A stretch of DNA of 64,000 nt from Candidatus Anstonellales archaeon (GTDB lineage: Archaea > Micrarchaeota > Micrarchaeia > Anstonellales > CG1-02-47-40). Shown in pieces: positions 58,418 to 64,000 of the stretch. How positions within the stretch are numbered: position 1 is the stretch's first letter; the number at the start of each line of letters is the position of its first letter. The notes below the pieces were generated by a model. The model was given only the letters and a program-made list of their open reading frames with translations, was not told the DNA's origin and did not search any database. The stretch covers positions 8,684 through 72,683 of the forward strand of contig JAWCQO010000001.1 in the NCBI GenBank assembly GCA_038869735.1, given 5' to 3'. Position numbers and translations under genes: made by a program.

Positions 58418-59944
58418 TTATTTTTTCTTTGAAAGGTCCTTCTTTTTTTCTTTTTTTTCTTTTTTATTTGGGACAACATTGTGTTCTAAATTTCCGAGAT
58501 GTTCAAGAAGAGTGTCTCTGGATGTTATTGCTTGAGAAAAGTTTTCATAAGCACTCCTTGCTCGTAACCTGAGTGTATCAACGCCAACACCTGGAGGTTC
58601 TTCATCAGTGCTGACTGATGCTTCTATTGACTTGACTATACTTTTTGCCTCAATTATAAGATCCGCTATTCTCTTTTTGGAAGCTTCAATCTGCCTGTTT
58701 ATTTCTTCCTCTGTCCTTTGTGCAGAGATGGCTTCAAAAAGGTTTTTTTCAGATACTTCTTTTAACTCGTCGATATATCGTCTGACAAAATTTGTTTCTA
58801 CGGATTCCCTAAGAGACTCGTATGCTTTTTGACTCTCTTGCGCAAAACGTTCAAATTCGTCAAGACGACGCGAGTATTCGTTAATGTATTCAACCACTGT
58901 TCGATCAATGTGTGAAAGTCTATTTATCTGCTCTGAGAGTTCCTTGATCTTCTGCTTTTGAGTTTCAAGGGAAGAACGCATTGGTAAGAGTCGTAAAGAA
59001 AGGTTTTTTGTAATTGTTTCTATTGAATCATAGGTTTTTTGAGCCGCCTCTAGATGCTCCATGTTCTGTCTTATTTGTGCAGTCGCTTCCTGGATGGTTA
59101 AACGGAGCTTTTGCTGCTCCTCTTTTGATTTCTCCAAAAGTTGAACAAGATCAATGAGCTTGGATTCGGCTCCAAAGAGATCTCTTTCATTTTCTTCTAC
59201 TTTTTTTGTTGTATCATATCTTGCTTGATTGATTTCTATAAGTAGTTTTTCAATCTGAGTCTTTAGGCTTTGAAACACTTTCCTTGCTTCTATATCGATA
59301 GATGCTATCTTTTCGAGGTATGACTCCATCTGTTGTGCTGTCTCCGGAATTTCCATTGTTCTCTGCTGAAGAAATAAAATTGTTTTTTCCTTTTCTAGTA
59401 ATCTCTCTGCTATCGTTTGAAGCTGAGTATCCATTCTTTTTTCGATTGGAAGGTAAACCTCTTCGTATATTTTTTCTTTTTCTGAATGCAACTTTGCAAG
59501 AACCTTCTTTTCTTTTTCTATTTCAGCAATATATTCTTTAAGTCGGTTGGCAGAAAGGTTGAGGCTTAATGGCTTTTTCTTCTTTCTACTTTTCGGCTTT
59601 CTCAAAGGCGGTGAGGCGGATTCGGTTTGAGAGAAAGCTTGGGGAAGAGAGGGACTGGACAGAGTATCTTCTTTTTCCAATTCTTTTTCGTGAGGTTGTG
59701 AGACTAAGTTTTCCTTATGGTCTACATGTGCCTTCTTTCCTTTCCAGCGAACATATGTCTTTGTAAGTAAGTATTCTAACTCAATAAGGCCTCTTTCTTC
59801 TAATACACGAAGCCATCTTTCTGTGTCTTTTATACCGAGCCCACAGACTGACGCTGCCTCTGAAACTTCAACAACCTTTTTTGATTTGAGAAACTCTACG
59901 AGTATATCTATTTGAGTATTTATGTCCCTGTTTGAGTGATCCAA
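58418..59944 (-). CDS. N-terminal wHTH plus long coiled-coil protein
   Basis: VSEAASVCGLGIKDTERWLRVLEERGLIEL followed by several hundred heptad-rich residues; no Walker A. Confidence 0.7.
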   Translation of the reverse strand: MDHSNRDINTQIDILVEFLKSKKVVEVSEAASVCGLGIKDTERWLRVLEERGLIELEYLLTKTYVRWKGKKAHVDHKENLVSQPHEKELEKEDTLSSPSLPQAFSQTESASPPLRKPKSRKKKKPLSLNLSANRLKEYIAEIEKEKKVLAKLHSEKEKIYEEVYLPIEKRMDTQLQTIAERLLEKEKTILFLQQRTMEIPETAQQMESYLEKIASIDIEARKVFQSLKTQIEKLLIEINQARYDTTKKVEENERDLFGAESKLIDLVQLLEKSKEEQQKLRLTIQEATAQIRQNMEHLEAAQKTYDSIETITKNLSLRLLPMRSSLETQKQKIKELSEQINRLSHIDRTVVEYINEYSRRLDEFERFAQESQKAYESLRESVETNFVRRYIDELKEVSEKNLFEAISAQRTEEEINRQIEASKKRIADLIIEAKSIVKSIEASVSTDEEPPGVGVDTLRLRARSAYENFSQAITSRDTLLEHLGNLEHNVVPNKKEKKEKKKDLSKKK

Positions 59945-59949
59945 TTATA

Positions 59950-60001
59950 AACACCAGCTACTATGCGGAGATAGGAACACCAGCTACTATGCGGAGATAG
60001 G
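59950..60001. repeat. 26-bp perfect tandem duplication
   Basis: AACACCAGCTACTATGCGGAGATAGG at 59950-59975 and 59976-60001. Confidence 0.95.
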
Positions 60002-60514
60002 CCTCTTTTCAACAACGAACTTTCCGGAAACCTTGCAACGCGCTCGTCTAAAAGCTTCAAGAACGGCATCCTCCTTATCTTTTGTTGTCATGATTCTAAA
60101 CAGTGATTGACCTGGATAGAGCCGTGCTGCTCTGTCCGTGGTGCGTCCAAAAGCCATTCGCATTCCTTTCTGAAGCCTGTCTGCCCCTGCTCCAGCTATC
60201 ATTTTGTTTTCTCTTAGGACTTGATGGGGAAAAACAAGAACATGAAATAGGTATTGGTCTCGCATTACTTTTTCAAGATACTTATTTACCGCTTGCCTTG
60301 ATGCTTCTATTGCGTTGTCTCTAAGCTGCACTGGCTGCTTTGCGACAAAGTCGTACTGTATATTATACGAATCGGAATCCTTTCCCATTTTATATACATG
60401 AAGAGAAAGGTGGGGCATAGCTTTGATATACGATTTTTTTGGAGTGCTTTTTGAGTATCTTGTCCAAGCAACTTTTTTTATACTTCTGCAAGTTCTAGCT
60501 GGCCTTAAACCCAT
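59987..60514 (-). CDS. rpl10e: 50S ribosomal protein L10e (uL16)
   Basis: MGLRPARTCR, LRENKM, GADRLQKGMRMAFG. Confidence 0.96.
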   Translation of the reverse strand: MGLRPARTCRSIKKVAWTRYSKSTPKKSYIKAMPHLSLHVYKMGKDSDSYNIQYDFVAKQPVQLRDNAIEASRQAVNKYLEKVMRDQYLFHVLVFPHQVLRENKMIAGAGADRLQKGMRMAFGRTTDRAARLYPGQSLFRIMTTKDKEDAVLEAFRRARCKVSGKFVVEKRPISA

Positions 60515-60535
60515 ATGATGGACACCTCTTAGATA

Positions 60536-61165
60536 TTACTTAATTTCTTCATCTTTTTTGTTTGCATTGTTATTTTTGATATAAGAGTATATAAAAAATT
60601 GCGTTTTTTGAACTATGGGGTTTCCTGCAAGCAAAAAAACCACTAATGAGGATAATGCAGATAGAAAGATAGAGAAGTGGGCAACTGCCTCAAAGTCATT
60701 TGGAGGGATAATTATTTTTTCTACCCCAATATAATAATCTACATAGTCGTTTAAAAAAAAGAATAAAGACGCAGGAATTATAAGAAGAGTGCGTTTGTAA
60801 GGGATAGTAAGGATAGACAAAGCCACCATTCCTATGTGGGGTAAGATGAAAAAAATAAGAGAATTAAGAAGACTTTCTTCTGAAAGATAAACTTGTGGAT
60901 GGAAGAACGCCATCAGGAAAATGGTCCAAATTCCATACTTTATAAGAGCAATTGATGAAAGATAACGTAATAAAAGTAAAGAAGGATCATGGGAGGGGTT
61001 AAGGAGTACGGCCAGAGCAAGAATGATAGATAGAGGGGAATCCGCTACAAACAGCCAAAGATAGATGTTTACTTTCTTAAATGCATAGGAGTAGTAGTAA
61101 ATTCCATAGATAGATGCAAAGATGAGGAGTAGGATGAGTATCTGACGGAGATTAGTGGTTTTCAT
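60536..61165 (-). CDS. DUF1405 (YpjA-like) polytopic membrane protein
   Basis: YGIYYY, FVADSP, KYGIW, HIGM and NDYVDY match recalled YpjA family motifs. Confidence 0.82.
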   Translation of the reverse strand: MKTTNLRQILILLLIFASIYGIYYYSYAFKKVNIYLWLFVADSPLSIILALAVLLNPSHDPSLLLLRYLSSIALIKYGIWTIFLMAFFHPQVYLSEESLLNSLIFFILPHIGMVALSILTIPYKRTLLIIPASLFFFLNDYVDYYIGVEKIIIPPNDFEAVAHFSIFLSALSSLVVFLLAGNPIVQKTQFFIYSYIKNNNANKKDEEIK

Positions 61166-61652
61166 GCGTCTTTCCTTGCTTTCTGATTATTCTGGCAGGT
61201 GAACCACAAACAAGTTGATTTTTTCCCACGTTTTTTGTTACGATACTGCCCGCTCCGACCGTCGCATTATCACGTATCTCTATACCTGCCAATAGAATAG
61301 AGCGTGCACCTACAACTACATTTTTGCCTATTCTAACTCTCCCCACACGAAATTGGTCTATCAAAAATTCGTGTGCAAGTATTACAGCTCCATAGCCGAT
61401 GATGGAATTTTCCCCTACTTCAATGAGTTCAGGATATAAGAAGTCAAAATCTACGTCCGGCGCGATTGAAACGTCTTTACCTATCCGAATTCCTGTCAGC
61501 GAAAGCAGTAAATTCTTGATGCTAAGTGAAGGAATTTTCTTTGAAATCTGGATTAGACAGTAATTAAAGGCCGTGCGCAAGGGATTTTTTACTCTCCACC
61601 ATAGATGGAGAGAATTTTTACCAGAAACTTTTGTTATTTGTAGCCTTCTCAT
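61152..61652 (-). CDS. YvoF-like hexapeptide-repeat O-acetyltransferase
   Basis: VSGKNSL, YPELIEVGENSIIGYGAVILAHEFL, GSPARII; colinear with recalled B. subtilis YvoF. Confidence 0.82.
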   Translation of the reverse strand: MRRLQITKVSGKNSLHLWWRVKNPLRTAFNYCLIQISKKIPSLSIKNLLLSLTGIRIGKDVSIAPDVDFDFLYPELIEVGENSIIGYGAVILAHEFLIDQFRVGRVRIGKNVVVGARSILLAGIEIRDNATVGAGSIVTKNVGKNQLVCGSPARIIRKQGKTHENH

Positions 61653-61656
61653 GGAT

Positions 61657-62409
61657 TTAATCGCTATCTAACCGTGGAGCAAGATAGTAGGAGACGTTTG
61701 CTCCCTCTACTTCGTAAGTTATTTTTATAGGGGCATTAGTCTTTAGCTTTATCTCGATTTCTTCAGTATCCGGTGCAGCTTTCGTGACGTCGTCAAGATA
61801 CTGAAGAGGAAACGTTGCTCGCGAAGAAGCCTTTGCAATTATTTCAGATATCTCACTTGAATCTTTTTCGTATTCAGAATGAAGATTTGCTCCATCGCCT
61901 TTTACGTCTGCAAAAAAGCCAGAATCATTCGCTTCAAATGTAATGTGTGAAGAGATTAATGCAGCATCTTTTAATAATTCTTTAAGTGCTGCTGCTGTTA
62001 TTTTGACAAATGCATCATGCTCTATTAAGGGTTCTTTTTGGATTCCACTTGGCATCTCAATAATCGGAAGTTTAAAGCTTCTTTTCTTTTTTTCTGCCAC
62101 AAAGCGTAACACAAGTTTATTTTCATCTTCAAGCACTTCTAGTTGCTCCCCTGCCCGAGCTCTTCCGAGAACCTTGCTTAAACTGTCAAAATTTATCCCT
62201 ACGCGGGAGGTTGATTGCACATCGTATTCCAAAAAAACGTCTTTTGGCATAAAAAAGCAGACCATTGCTATTTGGGATGTGTCCATGGCCTTGAGGCGTA
62301 TTCCCTCTGTTGTAAATTCAAGTTGGCCTTCGTCGATCAAATTTACTATTGAGTCTATTGCTCCCTTGAAGGACCTTGCATCAGAGACAACTATCCTAAA
62401 CATATGCAC
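61657..62409 (-). CDS. pcn: PCNA sliding clamp
   Basis: LIDEG, AMDTSQIAMV, YYLAPR. Confidence 0.95.
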   Translation of the reverse strand: MHMFRIVVSDARSFKGAIDSIVNLIDEGQLEFTTEGIRLKAMDTSQIAMVCFFMPKDVFLEYDVQSTSRVGINFDSLSKVLGRARAGEQLEVLEDENKLVLRFVAEKKKRSFKLPIIEMPSGIQKEPLIEHDAFVKITAAALKELLKDAALISSHITFEANDSGFFADVKGDGANLHSEYEKDSSEISEIIAKASSRATFPLQYLDDVTKAAPDTEEIEIKLKTNAPIKITYEVEGANVSYYLAPRLDSD

Positions 62410-62485
62410 CGACCTCCCATCTATTTATGGATGCTAAATTTTTAATTCTGAGTGAGGATTTTTGAAAGCTTTATTTATATAGAAC

Positions 62486-63472
62486 TTAGCTTTGAAGGAC
62501 TGACTTGCATCCTTCTGGTTCAATGAAAGCAAGATCACCTATTTGAAAGAAGGATATGAAAAGCTTGAAATAACCCATATAAGGGATACGCAAAAGAACT
62601 TTTCCTTTTAGTTGAGTAGTTGATGGAGGCACATTAAATTTTCCATTTATATAGTTGTATGCTTGAATGTCTGCGACCGGGTTGTTGTCTCCGCGGGTTA
62701 GGTAATAAGTAGTTGAGTCTGTTCTGAGCCCCAAAAAAACCCTATGTATTATATCATTAGGGTAATAGAGTTCAGAAGCATGTGGAGAGTAGACTATAAT
62801 ATCATTTGATTTATCAAAGCGGTAGCTCTGATTTTGATAAATTATTGCATCAATGCAAGGAGAATAACCTATGTATTGTCCGTCAATGCTAGAAACTTCG
62901 CACCTGGAATAGGTAAAAGTAAATCCACCACGGCTCTCTTTGAATTTTTCTGGATTTTTTAAAAATAAGGTACACGCTGGTTCATATTTTTTGTTGTAAG
63001 CGCAAAAAGAGAAAAAGGAGCCATCTACATCAACTGAATAATTATCGTAATGGACCACTGTTGAGGGGTTTAAGAGGCTATTAAAATCAGATATACTTAC
63101 GTTGATGAATTGTGTTTTTGGGGTTCCGCCCGAAAGTATTACTAAATCTCCTCTTTCTAAGTTTGGGAGCATAGAACAAGTGACTATGCCGTTGATAGGT
63201 GAAGACGCCCCAAGAAGAATGGATGCACCAAACCACAACCCTAAAGCATACAAAATAGTGATTAATGTTTCTTTTATTTCCTTTTTTAATCCATGGGAAA
63301 ATACACCCCCAAGAACTTCTGCTACTAAAAGAGAGAATATAAATATTGCAATTAATACTCCAAAGACGGGATTCTTAGTAAGAAGGAACAGAATGAAGCA
63401 CAAACCAATCAGAAGATAAAAAACGTTATTTTTATTCAGCTGGATTATATACTCCTTAATTGTCACATTCAC
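62486..63472 (-). CDS. Signal peptidase I (archaeal Ser/His type) with large insertion
   Basis: CSMLPNLERGDL, IIHRV, TRGDNN, GKVLLRIPYMG; N-terminal TM helices. Confidence 0.82.
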   Translation of the reverse strand: MNVTIKEYIIQLNKNNVFYLLIGLCFILFLLTKNPVFGVLIAIFIFSLLVAEVLGGVFSHGLKKEIKETLITILYALGLWFGASILLGASSPINGIVTCSMLPNLERGDLVILSGGTPKTQFINVSISDFNSLLNPSTVVHYDNYSVDVDGSFFSFCAYNKKYEPACTLFLKNPEKFKESRGGFTFTYSRCEVSSIDGQYIGYSPCIDAIIYQNQSYRFDKSNDIIVYSPHASELYYPNDIIHRVFLGLRTDSTTYYLTRGDNNPVADIQAYNYINGKFNVPPSTTQLKGKVLLRIPYMGYFKLFISFFQIGDLAFIEPEGCKSVLQS

Positions 63473-63475
63473 TCC

Positions 63476-63745
63476 TTACTCCTTTTTTATGTCTTGCTTG
63501 AATTTTTTAGCTTGGTCTGCAAGCTTTTTAGCAGCATTTGCAAGAACCTTGGCTGGGTCTTTGCTCTTCGTTCTAACAATAAGTTTCAGATTTCCAACCT
63601 CAGGATGTTCTTGGGTGCAAGAAGCAAACTCCACATCCTCATCTTCCAGGGCTATTTCACGTATCGCATTAAGAACTGAGATGTCTTCTCCCCCGACTTC
63701 TAGCTCGAGATAATTTTCCTCTTCCTTTATTACCTTTATTTCCAT
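63476..63745 (-). CDS. rpo11: RNA polymerase subunit Rpo11 (RpoL)
   Basis: LELEVGGED, VEFASCTQEHP; follows csl4. Confidence 0.9.
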   Translation of the reverse strand: MEIKVIKEEENYLELEVGGEDISVLNAIREIALEDEDVEFASCTQEHPEVGNLKLIVRTKSKDPAKVLANAAKKLADQAKKFKQDIKKE

Positions 63746-63775
63746 ATAACAACCACCTTTGACGAATGTTAAGAA

Positions 63776-64000
63776 TTATTTCATGATGCTTTTTCCATAT
63801 TCTGAACTTATCTTTCTCGTTTCTTTTTTTCCACAATGGCTACAGACAAGCATACGGGATACCAAATTCATTGGATGCCTATCTTGAGTACAAAACGCTT
63901 TAATTATCCCAAGGTCATGGCTATTTACTCCAACGGAAACTTCAGTAGGTTTGATATCTATAACTCGAGCTTTGATAATGTCTCCTATTTTGACAAAATC
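63776..64000 (-). CDS. csl4: Exosome subunit Csl4 (3' part only)
   Basis: Manual translation GDIIKARV..DLGIIKAFC..CSHCGKKETRKISSEYG. Confidence 0.9.
   Translation of the reverse strand, partial: DFVKIGDIIKARVIDIKPTEVSVGVNSHDLGIIKAFCTQDRHPMNLVSRMLVCSHCGKKETRKISSEYGKSIMK

Overview
Gene-dense, low-GC archaeal chromosome segment. The gene content, GGTGA-type Shine-Dalgarno sites and intron-bearing tRNAs fit a DPANN archaeon, probably Micrarchaeota (inference). Housekeeping blocks: Elp3, TFB, Mre11, Sec61beta, the exosome/proteasome/RNase P superoperon (rpl15e-rpp30-pop5-psmA-SBDS-rrp4-rrp41-rrp42-rpl37ae-rpo12-pcc1-pfdB), RtcB, archease, ThrRS, PCNA, RpoL and Csl4. Metabolism is unusually rich for a DPANN: GT3 glycogen synthase, a tetrahydrofolate one-carbon cluster (glyA, folD, folC, 5-FCL, purN), late arginine genes (argG, argH, argF, carAB, a LysX/ArgX-like ligase), ADP-forming acetate-CoA ligase, and a phytoene/squalene synthase coupled to a GGR-like reductase. 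There are four tRNAs (Trp, Thr-GGT, Ser-CGA with two introns, Thr-CGT) and two box C/D sRNAs. Highlights: (1) a YvoF + YpjA/DUF1405 gene pair suggesting a lipid-carrier route for extracellular protein N-acetylation in an archaeon; (2) a free-standing C/D guide for tRNA-Trp C34/C39, located outside its usual intron; (3) an unannotated 29-aa D/E-rich microprotein with strong expression signals; (4) a tandem-HTH protein fused to a degenerate adenine-methyltransferase fold; (5) a 36-bp repeat/37-bp insert at a convergent gene junction. No transposase, integrase, cas gene or true CRISPR array was seen. All family calls are by motif recognition, not database search.
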